DNA of 64,000 nucleotides. Source: Lama glama. Its lineage: Eukaryota. The position numbers were made by a program, and so were the translations under genes. Positions 40,689 through 51,929 of this stretch are shown here, in pieces. The stretch covers positions 44,022,001-44,086,000 of the forward strand of contig CM052817.1 in NCBI GenBank assembly GCA_028534125.1, in the 5' to 3' direction. The stretch's first letter is position 1. Each line of letters begins with the position of its first letter. Under the pieces are notes generated by a model that was not told the DNA's origin, made no database searches, and was given only the letters and a program-made list of their open reading frames with translations.

Positions 40689-41424
40689 AGTTACCTTAAC
40701 ACTAAGGATATTGACTTTACTCCATACTGATGTCACATCTGAGGTATGTGGCTCCTCCTTTTCAAAAGTTACTGCAATATTAGGATTGGAAGACGTAGAG
40801 ACTATTGGCCATGTTACCACCTCATATTTGCTCATGACCAATTATTTTGGATTCTTCGGTTCCAGTCTACTCATTCTACCATATGCCATTTCTCTCTGCC
40901 ATTGACCCAGATCAACTCGTGACTTTCCTGGGTGTAATTATCTACTTGTGGCCCCCAATGGGATCTTCATTCTGCCTCAAGAAGCTAATCAATAAGTATC
41001 AAAAAAGTGGCTAGAGGAACTCAGACTGACCAGAGAGGCCAGGACTCAGATCTGTTCCCTTTAGCTGGAGGCTCACTGGATCCAGGCTACAGGACCCTGG
41101 GCTACTCCATGCCCCCAATTCTAGCACAAGGGCTGGTGTTACTAACCTGACATCACTCAGCTAATCCTCCAGTTCTGGCTGTGTTTCCACTTCATTTTAA
41201 ACTTCTTCCTTCCTTGCAAACTTTAATCATTTTTGGATAGAAATCCCAGAAGTGGTGGTCACTTCCTAACTTTTCTTGACTTGTGTTACTCATGACAAAC
41301 TCCTTGAGAGCACCACCTTGCCTTTAGAAAAGTGGCGTATATGCTGGTCAAGTCAATTACAAGTAGGACCTCCATTTGAATAAGGGATCATTTCCATTTT
41401 ATATTGGCCTTGGCAGAGCCTTTC

Positions 41425-41925
41425 TGTTAGGTAGTTAGAAATGAGCACTGGGCAGGGGGAGAGGAAGTGGAAAGGAACAACTCAGAAAATAACAGTATGT
41501 CTGCATTCAGGATAAGGGACTCCAGAAACTCACTTTCTCTAAATGAGGGCCAGCAAAAGCAGCCAGCTAAAATCAAAACGCTGCAGCTGCACATAAGAGA
41601 AGGACCTGGCATAACCTGATCCAGTGAACCTGCCCAAAAGGGGATGAGTGTGCCAGAGCACAAGGAACCTGAGCTGTCAGTCAGCCCGGTCAAAGAAACC
41701 AAGCCATCAATCAATCGCAAAAATGCCCCTAAGCCAGGATAGAAGACAGAAAAACAAAGGAGCAGCGCCATTTTTCCTCTTGGATTGGCCCGCTCCCAGG
41801 TCTCAGGAGTGGACTATCTTTTACCACCTTTTTACTTTACTAATAAAAATCTTGCTTATATCATGCTTTCTGTCTCTCATTAAAAATTCTGAACCTAGAT
41901 AATAATTTCCCTTTTCCCCATAACA
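41425..41925 (+). mobile_element. 5' LTR of a class I ERV
   Basis: tgtta...taaca inverted termini, AATAAA at 41842-41847, PBS 8 nt downstream. Confidence 0.88.
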
Positions 41926-41933
41926 TTAAATTT

Positions 41934-41951
41934 TGGTGTCATGACTTGGAT
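41934..41951 (+). promoter_or_regulatory. Primer-binding site, tRNA-His type
   Basis: tggtgtcatgacttggat versus the HERV-H PBS tggtgccgtgactcggat: three transitions, two of them at CpG sites. Confidence 0.85.
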
Positions 41952-42584
41952 CGCATGCTTAAACCTAATCTTTCCTCCTTCATTTTCCTCTCCCTCCCAG
42001 AGGCCAGTGGAGGCTGGAGTGAGTGATGGCTGGGTGCACACATGGCTGCTCCAAGCGCCAGTGGGGCAGTTTGCGGCCTACTGGGACCCCATGCCAGCCA
42101 GCCGGCACAGCACAATCCCACCTCCCTCCTGCCCTGCTCCAGGAGCTCCAGGTGGTGCTGGGCCAGTTAAGCAGCGAGTGGCCCATCTGGGCCCCTGCAC
42201 CAGGCTGGTTGCTGCACGACGGTACTGAGGCCAGGGGCCGCCTCCCGCATGCTCAGCCAAATGCATGCCTGCCCCAGCGCGCTCTGCCCCCACCAGCCCC
42301 ACCCACCATGGAGCTCCAAGTAGAGATAACCAGGCTTACTCCAGAACCACAGTAAACTAATCACTTCTGGCCCTTACACTGCACTGGCCTACAGAGAAGA
42401 CTACTGACCACCTTAAAGCAATGCTCAAACGAAGGAGACGCTACCAAACCAGGAAGAGAAGATGGCGTCTGAGGTAGGCAGCTGACCCAAGACACCAGAT
42501 GAGGCCTGTATTTTACTTTAGCACTCACACCTTTATATACTTTATATATAAGGTATATATATATATACCTTTATATACTGGTAC

Positions 42585-43514
42585 TTAAGCCGTTCTCTTT
42601 GGTAGAGCTGAGACAAATTAAGAACAACTTGGTAAGCTACTCAAATAACCCAGATAAATACATACAGGCATTCCATCACCTCACTCTGGCATATGATCTC
42701 ACCTGAAAGGATGTTATTATCCTTGGCCAGACCCTATCTGACACAGAAAAGGAAAAGGGTCCTCAGAGAAGCCAGGAAATATACAGAAAGCCTACAGGTC
42801 AAATGACAAGGGCCCATAGGGAAAATATCCATTCCCTCATTGGGCCCTGGATGGGACTATAATGACCCTAAGCAAAAGTGGGAAAGAGATCATTTTTCAG
42901 TCTGTGTTAAGGCAGGACTCCGGGCAGCCTAACAGAAGGTTATCAGCTATTCTAAGGTGTCAGCTGTTAGTCAGGAGCCCAGAGAAAACCCCACTGCCTT
43001 TTTAGAGCGGCTCCACGAGGCACTTACTAAGTACACTAACTCAGACCTCAGCTCATATGAGGGACAAATTATCCTAAAGGATAACTTTCTCACTCAGTCT
43101 GCCCCTTATATTAGACGAAAACTCCAAAAGGGTATCCAGGAACCTGGACTAACTCTTGAAATGCTAACCATTGCTGCCACAGTTTTTTATAATCGAGATC
43201 AGGAGCAAGAGGCCAAAGTCAGGAGCAGGAAGAAGGAAGGAGGCCAGGCCTGCCCAGATGATTGCAGCCCTTCAAGGGCAGCCACCCTCCTGACGCACCC
43301 GGCCCCCAACAGCCCGAGCAAGTCCAACAAGTGCAGCGTCTGCCGCTGACCTGGTCCCTGGGCCAAAGAATGTCCCTACAGGGACAAACCTCCAAAGTCT
43401 GCCTGCTTTCGGTGTAGCCAACAACAGGGTCATTGGGCGGCCCTCTGTCCTTCAAGCCAAATGGCTTGTCGGGAAAAACCGGCCCAAGACCTGCAGATGG
43501 TTGTCTGGGACTAA
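42585..43514 (+). pseudogene. gag: ERV gag remnant (CA, MHR, two CCHC knuckles)
   Basis: PFSLVELRQIK; QEPRENPTAFLERLHEAL; CSVCR*PGPWAKEC (43332-43373); CFRCSQQQGHWAALC (43404-43448). Stops and frameshifts present. Confidence 0.9.
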
Positions 43515-45945
43515 AGCAGCCCCCTTCAGTCAACCCCAGTGCAAGAGATCCCATCACTGGGTGGGAGCCGTGGGTACAGATGGATGTGGCAGGTAGGACA
43601 GTAACTTTTCTTTTGGATACTGGAGCCACCTACTGTCCTAACTTCCTTCTCCAGACCCTTCTCCTCTAGATTCTGTACTGTCATGGGAGTCACAGGTAAA
43701 CCGACCTTAAGGTTCTTTACTCTCCCCCTTTGTTGTTTATGGGATGAACGCTCCTTTGCACATTCTTCCTTATGCATGCCAGAATGTCCTAGCCCCCTTC
43801 AAGGCCAAGGTCTTCTTTACAAGTTGGGAACCCGAGTTATCCTGGGACAACATCCCCAAACTTTCACCTCTTTACAACTCTTACTGCTCTCTCAGGAAGG
43901 AGAAAAACCTCTGCACCCAGAGGCCTGGGAGAATAAAATTAATCCTGCTGCCTGGGATCAAGGCATCGCGGTGCGAGCAAAGACGGCTGCTCCTGTTGTC
44001 ATCTCCCTCAAAGATCCCACCTGGTTCCCTAATCGAAAATAATATCCCTTAAAACCTGAGGCAAGGAAGGGCCTTCAGCCAATAATTTCTAGTTTCTTAC
44101 AGTGTGGACTCTTAATTCCTGTTAACTCCCCCTGCAACACACCTATCCTTCTGGTCATTAAAAAAGATGGGGTGCTGAACACTGGAATTTGACACAACAT
44201 TGTAAAATGATTATAAATCAATAAAAAATGTTAAAAAAAAAAAAAAGATGGGACCTGCAGACTGATCTGGGATTTACGAATCATAAATGAGGCAGTGGTA
44301 CTTCTTCATCTAGTTATTCCAAACCCCTGTGTGTTACTGGGAAACGTACCTCCAGGATCCCAGGGGTGCACGACCTTAGACCTAAAAGATGCTTTTTTCT
44401 TTTTTTTTTTTTTGGACCCCTTAGTCCCCAGTCCCAGTATTTATTTGCCTCTCAGTGGGACTCATCCAACGGGTATCAGCGCCAGCTAACCTGGACAGCA
44501 CTACTACCACAGGGGTTTAGAGACAGTCCTCACCTCTTTGGGCAAGCTTTGGCCCAAGATTTACAGGACTTACAGCCTGAAAAAGGAACTATTCCCCAAT
44601 ACTTAGATGACCTACTTATCTGCTCCCTTACTGGAGAACAGGCCATCCAGCATGCAATCCAGTTTCCAAGTCCAAGGCCAAAATGGTCAAACAAGAGGTA
44701 ACTTATCTAGGAGTTGTTCTGACTCCTGGAAACCGTAGCCTTTCCCCTGAATGAATTCAGGGAATCTTACAACTCTCTAGCCCCACTTCTCAAAAACAGC
44801 TCAGCACAATTCTCAGACTAACAGGTTACTGTAGGCTTTGGATCCCTAACTATGGGTCTGCAGCCCAACCTCTATATGACAGTTTAAAGGGTAAGGACGA
44901 CTCAAGTACATCGCCAGTGTGGTCCTTTCCAATAGGAAGCAGTGGAAGAATTTTAAAAATCTAGTAAGATCCCCAGCCTTGGGGCCAGATCCCTTCCAGT
45001 TCTCTGTTCATGAGAGAGGAGGAATAGCCTTGGGGGTCCTCACCCAAAGGCTGGGTCCTACACAACAGCCTATGGGATACCTCTCTAAGCAGCTAGATCC
45101 CACTGCTCAAGGCTGGCCTTCCTGTCTAATAGTGCTGGGAGCCCTCCTCAGTCTCCTGGAGGAAGCTTTTAAGCTAACTCTGGGGGTCCCTATATAAGCA
45201 TACGCTAACCATCAACTTTCTGATCTTTTAAAAGGCAAGGGACATTTCTGGCTCTCAGATGCTCAGCTTCTTAAATGTCAGGCATTATTATTGGAAAACC
45301 CAGATGTCACTGTCTCCGTTTGTGGGACACTCAATCCTGTTACACTATTACCATCACCAGATGAGATGAGTCTCTTCTCTTTCACATAAGTCATGAGACC
45401 CTATCCGTTTCTCTAGCAGCTAGAACAGATCTCACAGACCAATCCCTGGAAAACCCTGATGAGATCTGTTTCACCGATGGGAGCAGCTTTATCACAGAGG
45501 GAAAACAGAGCTGGATATTCATTTGTGTCCCTCCATGAGGTTATAGACACTAAGCCACTGCCTACAGATACCTCAGCACAATTGGCTGAACTAATTGCCT
45601 TCAAACAAGCCTTAGAGCTCGTACAAGGGAAAAGGGTCACCATTTATACAGACTCAAAATATGCCTTCCTGGCTTTACATGCTCATGCAGCCATTTGGAA
45701 GGAAAGGGGACTTTTAACTGCCAAAAATAGTCCCATAAAATATGGATTCCAAATCCTTGGCCTTCTTGTGGCCCTCCAGCTTCCCCGACAAGTGGCTGTG
45801 CTTCACTGTAAGGGCCATCGAAAAGGGGATTCAAAAACAGCAAAAGGAAACAGCACAGTTGATGCTGCAGCCAGGAGTGCTGCCACTCAGGAGCCTCCCC
45901 TGCAAGGGGCGCTGGTTCCTACCCTGCCTTTACCAAGTACCAAGC
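43515..45945 (+). pseudogene. pol: ERV pro-pol remnant (PR, RT, RNase H); no integrase, env or 3' LTR seen
   Basis: FLLDTGATY; LDLKDAFF; LPQGFRDSP; QYLDDLL; FTDGSSF; SAQLAELIA; IYTDSKYAF; HCKGH. Multiple frameshifts. Confidence 0.93.
44172..44240 (+). mobile_element. ~70-bp young L1 3' tip inserted into ERV RT
   Basis: Matches the L1 terminus at 8955-9020. TSD aaaaaagatggg at 44160-44171 and 44241-44252. Confidence 0.92.
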
Positions 45946-46284
45946 AATCTCCTCTGAACCCTTTCAGGGCAGAGCCTAGAGTTGCACTGAGACCTCAGAC
46001 CTCGACGTCCACTGTGAGCAGGGAAGAATTCATCCCTGACCGCTAGGCAGAGTCATGTCCCTCACCTGCACCATCATGTTGTGATATGAAATTCTCTAAC
46101 ATGCCTCAGGGAAGGAGGCCTGATCTAATGTAACACTGTCACAAATTTTGTACAAATTGTGGATATACCTTCAAAGCAGAGCTCCTTGACTTTTCTCCCT
46201 AAGATGACCAACTTTTTAGGTCCCCAGACAGAACAGGAACATTTAGTCCTGTGTCACAGCAGACACTGCCCTGCCCAGATTAGC

Positions 46285-46365
46285 TTCTTTTTCTATAAAT
46301 ATTTTGTTGACATATAGTCAGTTTAGTGTTGTGTCAATTTCTGGTGTACAGATTAGCTTCTGATA
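46285..46365 (-). mobile_element. Tiny L1 3' tip
   Basis: gttgacatatagtcagtttagtgttgtgtcaatttctggtgtacag, flanked by duplicated cagattagcttct (46276 and 46349). Confidence 0.75.
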
Positions 46366-46509
46366 TGCAAAAATTAAATGTTTTAAAGAGAGAACTACCA
46401 CCTTCTTCATTCTTACATTCGTCCTATGCCAAGGTTTAACTTCTTCAGAGGACCCAGATCTCAGACTGTTTTTGTTGTAGAGGACAAGCAGGCGGTATTC
46501 AAAATGGCA

Positions 46510-46985
46510 GAAGAGGCTTCCGGTTTCCAGTTCCATTTGTGTTGCTTGGAAATCACAACTCTACCCTAACAAGGGGAAATCTAAACAGACAAGAAAAAAC
46601 CCAATTCTTCTAGGATTCACACAAGAGGGAAGACAAGGCAAACGACTGCCGTCTAGACTGAGTGACAAGAACAGGCAAACACAGGGAGTCCTGGATTTTA
46701 AGAGTAGAGACTCAAGGGGAAACTGTAGTGGGGAGAAAAATCTAAACTGCTCCTGATCAGTTTCTGGAAGTTGAGTGCACATAAGTCTGAGTGAAACAAC
46801 AGAGGAGACCCAGCCGTAGGAAGCCCCCACAGTACCATGAGATTTACTACCAGCAACTGGACTAGGTTCCCACAGGTAGAATGTGAAATAAATCCCCTCT
46901 TGTTTCTGGCAGGGGGAGAGGAAAAAGGACCATCTAAAATATGCCACAGCACCCTGTCTTAACAAGGGCCTCAGGGGAAACTAGT
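46510..46985 (+). mobile_element. Old L1 5'UTR-like fragment
   Basis: gaggcttccggtttccagttcc...cttggaaatcacaactc resembles recalled L1M 5' ends. Confidence 0.45.
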
Positions 46986-46989
46986 GTAT

Positions 46990-48335
46990 CAGAGTCCATT
47001 GAAACAATGGACTCATGACCTTAATATCCACTGGCCCTTATATACAAGTTCCATGTTGTATCAAGCTGCTGATCTTACAGACAGGCTGTAGGAATGCCTT
47101 CCTGAAGATTCAAGTTGCCAGCCTTTACATGTGTTAAGCCTGTGGATCTGTGACACTGTCCTCCAGAGTACCCTCCACAGGTTGAGCCAGTGACTACTAT
47201 ATGGTGCTTTGTCTCTCAGACACGTGTGTTCTATGGATCGGTGACAAAGTGGTAGAAATTGTTTATAGCTCCTCTCACCATTACTCCCAATGATACACTT
47301 GGAGTTCTGACTGATTTTATGATGTCTTTTTGAGGGATTGGGAAGAGCTTACAGGAGACACAGAGCTCCAATAAACCTAGAGTTAGTCTACTTTTTGGTT
47401 ATTTGGGGGCTCAAGCCGGTAGCCTAGCATGGAAGGTATGGGTTTGCTTTACTGACAAGGGTCATCATGACGGTCATCACAACTTTAGGTAACTGCTACT
47501 GAGTGGTGATAGAGATTACTATGCCTAGGACTCGAGGGAATCACAGGGGAGTGTCTGGGAGGTCACTGAGAGTAGATGAATTACAGCAACCGTGGCCAAG
47601 GTAACCAGGGGCTCAGGTCTCCAAGGGATGACGGTCTGAGTTATTCCACTGAGCTAGAAATCTAGTTCAGGAGAAATGCTGGCCAAGGATAAGAAGAATC
47701 GCTCATGATTGCTAGGAGAAAAAAAGTTACAACCCTGGGCCCAACTGCAGAAGCACAGAACATAACTGGCAACCAATCCTGACTTTTACAGGAATTGTGG
47801 CCAGCAACCACCTTGACACAACAGTGACTGTACTCAAAGGCCAGGCCAGGAAGGGCATGGGTGATTGGCTTTGGTACTTCATCCCATGTATCCTTGACCC
47901 TGAGTTCACCTGCAGCTGATATACAGTTCCACCACTAGTCATCAGCTTCCTAACTCAGGCACCCACATCTGATGATTCTCTACCCAAGGGTTTTCTGCTG
48001 TAACACATGAGCTTTCTTAGCCTTCTGACTGGATTGTCTGCTTGCAGAGAACCAACCTATGATCAATAGGAAGCTGTAATTGGGTGATCAATACTTTAGC
48101 TTCCCTATCCCTCTGAGAGGAGTTCTGAACCATGTATTTCATGGTTTCTTAGTCCCCAGGGAGATTGCGCCCCAGTTGTCTATAGCAGTTATTCTTTCAT
48201 TAAGATGCCCTGAGGGGCTTTACTCGATTCACTGTTTCACTTTCTATACTCCATTTCCTGTGACCGTCTCCCAAGTAAGCCACTTAAACCCTCATCTCAG
48301 TCTGCTGCTTTTAGAGAAAGCCAGACTAAGATATT
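46990..48335 (+). mobile_element. ERVL/MaLR-like internal 3' remnant plus LTR33-like LTR
   Basis: Parallels 54050-54860. LTR motifs gtccccagggagattgcgccccagttgtc and ctcatctcagtctgctgcttttagagaaagccagactaagata. Confidence 0.55.
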
Positions 48336-48739
48336 AAAAATTGCAATACAGAAATCCAATTGTTCTTAAGTTACTGTAGAATCTTATAGTTACCTTCAAA
48401 ATTGGGGGAGGGGGACAGGAAGACATTCAAAACATTACTAAGGGTACAAACTGAAGGATGGGCAAAGTGGGAGAAAAAGCACTATGAAATCTCCAAGCTG
48501 GATTTTTTTCAGTCCTATTCATAACTCTTGCCTTGAACAAGTCACTCACTTTGGTAGCTTTTCATTTAAAGAGAGATATTTTATTCTGTTATTCCCTCTT
48601 CCATTATCTGCAACAAGCTTGAGAACTTTAAGACCTTCTTTAATATTTTGGGAAGACTAAACATTCAAATTTATTAACGAGGGAGTTACATATATGATTG
48701 CTTCCATCACTAGTAATAATGGTTTAGATTAGCATGCGT

Positions 48740-51148
48740 AGACTCATATTTCTGTGCCGGTACCTCATGACCTTGCTACGCAGGCCAAGCTTGAACTACA
48801 GCTAATATGAGTCTCTGCAGAACACCCCTTGTGAACTGCATGGAGCAGGAGAGCAGTAAGGGGCTTATGAGGAGCTACTGTAGGCTCTCACTCACTTCCT
48901 TATTAAGGGAGGCTGTCGTGAGACAGTTTTCCATTGCCTGCAGGAATTTAATGAAGTATGAACAGTGTCCATGGAGAGCAGCAGACATCACATCAACTAG
49001 CTCTGAGAACAGCTGGCCTCAAATTGTCAGGTTCACCTCTATCTCACTGGCTGGAGTCAAGCTTACACCAAGAACCAAGAAGCAGGATCAAGATTACAAA
49101 GAGCCGTCAACACCGGTCTAGGCTTCTTATGGGAGCTATGGCTGCTAAGAGTAGGAAGACAAGTGGGTTAAGCCTTGAATCCCATGGTGAAAGTAGGTGG
49201 AGCCACTGTGGAGGTGAGTCTTTGTACTGCAGCCTCTGCAGGTATATATGTTGGTAACGCTTAACGGAGAACTGATGGTTAAAGTTGAGTTCCTTGTTAC
49301 CTAGCCACTGAACATAACCCACTAAAGGTAGAACCATGTTATGTTGTCCTTTTCTGATTGGGGTTGGGGGGACAGCATACACAATTGGATGTGCCACTTC
49401 AATTTGCCAAGTAACTTGAAAGCTTTGAGTCCAAGAGAAAGCTTCGCAGCAGGTCCAGCTTAGTGTAGCCCACCTGTGTGTTCTGAAGAATAGCTCCTAA
49501 ACGATTTTAGTCTCCAATTCAGAGAGTCACCTTCCCTGATAAGGGCAGGTGCACATGTCAGTACCTCACAACAGTTGAGGATTCTTCAATTCTCCCTGTA
49601 GATGATAGAAACAGTATGACTAGTAGGCCATCTTTTTTCCACTAGGGTCTTGCCAAGAAAAAAACAATGACTAGCTGGTGGTTTCAGCACTACATCCAAA
49701 TTATGTTCATATGTAGTTGAAGAGTGAAGAACAGCAAAGACAAAAGCTCCTGAGGTAGAGATGAGCACAGGATATATATGGCAAGGCAACAGCATAAGCT
49801 GCTTCAAGTAGAATTTCCCATTGCTGTGCTTGGAATGGAAGAGTGTTCTGGCATAGTCCCCTTAGGTTTTACCAATATTTCTATGCCTATGTCAGCCAAA
49901 ATAATAGTGGCCATCCATGGCTTTATGGAGATGTTTGTTTGTGACTAGAGCTCACCTGAACTTTCACTGGTTTTTGGATATGCCCCTGTTTATATTTAAT
50001 AAGGTTGTCAAGGCCATTTAGTTTCAGGATAGTGCTCACGTGACATCTCAGGTATTGGGAAGGAAGCCTCAGGCATTCCTTTGTGCCTGTAAAGTCTCTA
50101 GGTGGCTTTACTGACCCCTGTTTTTTCTTTCAGCTTTTGACACCTTTGAAATTGCTAACTATTGACAAGTTCCTTTTGCTGAACTCCGTAGAACGGTATC
50201 CATTTTGCTCACTGGATCCTGTCTAATAGTCATGAAAGCCACTCATGGAGCATCATAGCCCAGAATGCTGGTGGGAAGGAGCCTCCCCTCAAAGTGGTGT
50301 CTCTGAAGGTGCAAGGAACTTAAAGCACTTACTGATCATGAAGGATCACTCCCCCACCCCCTTGGCTCTGGCCATAGCCAAGGCATTTAGGAAATGGACC
50401 ATTGTCATTCTTGCTTTCATCCTAACCTACTCCACCCTGGCATTCCCCCTTCTGGGACAGCTGGGTACTCCTAAGACCATGGAGGTAGCCATACCTTCAG
50501 TAGTTCCCTAAACTATGCCCTGATGCCTTGAGCTTAGTGAACCCAACTCTTCAACATGATAGGAAGGGCTAGGAGTGATGACTAGCTTCATCCTGGAGTA
50601 GCCCGTGCCCAGAACCATCTCACTAGCCTCCTGGAGCTTTAAGGAGGAGAGCACAATGAGTTCACAGCAAACACTGCAGGCCTTGTTCCCTATATATCCT
50701 GGCCAGACAGGTTCAATATGCAAAAATCAGCACATCAGGTGTCCCCCATCATAGCCTGGGAGATATTCTTCCAGCAAACACAGGGGAAGAGACGACTTAT
50801 TTGTGACTATTTAGCAGAACCAGAAGTTTACAATCTTAATAGTGCCTGGTTAGGTTCTAGGGAAGCCTGACAGTGCCTTTTGAACAACAGCTTGGAAGAG
50901 TTTCCCCTGCACTATGTAGGGGAAAGGTCTGTCTCAGCAGTCTTACTGGGACAGGTCCAGTCTATAGCATGTTTCTACAGTGCTAGCTGTAAACATTGAC
51001 AAGTCAGGATGCGGTCTGCTGGGTCTGTTTGCTTAGAGCAGAGTCCCTGGTGTAGGCTCTGTATCAGTGTAGAGCAAGGAGACCCTAGGCAGGACACAGC
51101 TCAGAGAGGCAGGAGTATAAAGATACTCTGTACTGGTTTCACTATCAC
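48740..51148 (-). mobile_element. Possible ancient LTR-element remnant, family unresolved
   Basis: LTR-like block at ~50750-51148 and ERV-like texture. No diagnostic peptide found. Confidence 0.25.
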
Positions 51149-51475
51149 AACCAGTTTTTAAATACTGATCTGCTACTTTATCAGGATAATCCAGGATGAG
51201 TTACCAGCAGGTAGTTCATAGGAAAAAGTAAGTAGGGCCAGCATAAAGGGATTGGAGGGAGGGAAGGCCTAAGGTCTAGAGATCAGAGGCCTAAACACAT
51301 GAGTTTTTGGCAATAAGGACACTATCTGAAAGGTCCATCGATGTGTGGATTTAAGGTGATATCAGGTCTTTCAAGATAAGATTTGCACTGGGGCTATGAG
51401 TATGGAAGGCAAGAAGATGCAGCTCAGCCAGGCAAACAGTCAACACTAGAAATCTAAGGCAGTTTTATAACAAGG

Positions 51476-51682
51476 GCAGTCTTGCTCGCTGGGGTACATC
51501 AGGCAATGCCTACATATATTCTTGCTTTTCAGTGGAGAGAGGGGGATTCTGCTGGCATCCAATGGGTAGACACCATGGATGCTGCTAAAACATTCTATAA
51601 TGCACAGGACAGCTCCCCACCCTAACAGTTATGTAGCCCAAATTATCCAATATTCAACCTCAAATTTCAATTTGAGAAACTG
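51476..51682 (+). mobile_element. MER20 (hAT-Charlie)
   Basis: gctggcatccaatgggtaga...ggatgctgctaaaacattctataatgcacaggacagctcccc...ttgagaaac. Confidence 0.8.
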
Positions 51683-51929
51683 ATATGAATTGTTGGTTGC
51701 ATCTCCCGATGGGTGTTAAAAGTAGTCCAAGAAAGTGATGAGACCTTGGGGAAGAGAGGATTCATTTAGTGGCTCAAGTTGTCACCTTGTCCCCCGGCCT
51801 CTCTAGCATGTTGACTATTAACGACGACAAGCTGTAAGTGAAGGCAAGAGCTTCATTAAAGCTTACAAAGTTTGAAAACACTAGGTTCAAGTTTGAACTT
51901 CTGAGGCACTGTTGGTGAACCTAAGAGAC

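Noticed and set aside
40690..41420. env belonging to the adjacent provirus
   Set aside because: Only faint env-like peptides (YLLVAPNG), far more decayed than the provirus and upstream of a PBS-bearing 5' LTR. At most an unrelated older relic.
45459..46046. 195-aa ORF as a domesticated RNase H gene
   Set aside because: The first catalytic motif (FTDGSSF) is in another frame and the ORF runs on into unrelated sequence. It is a pol fragment.
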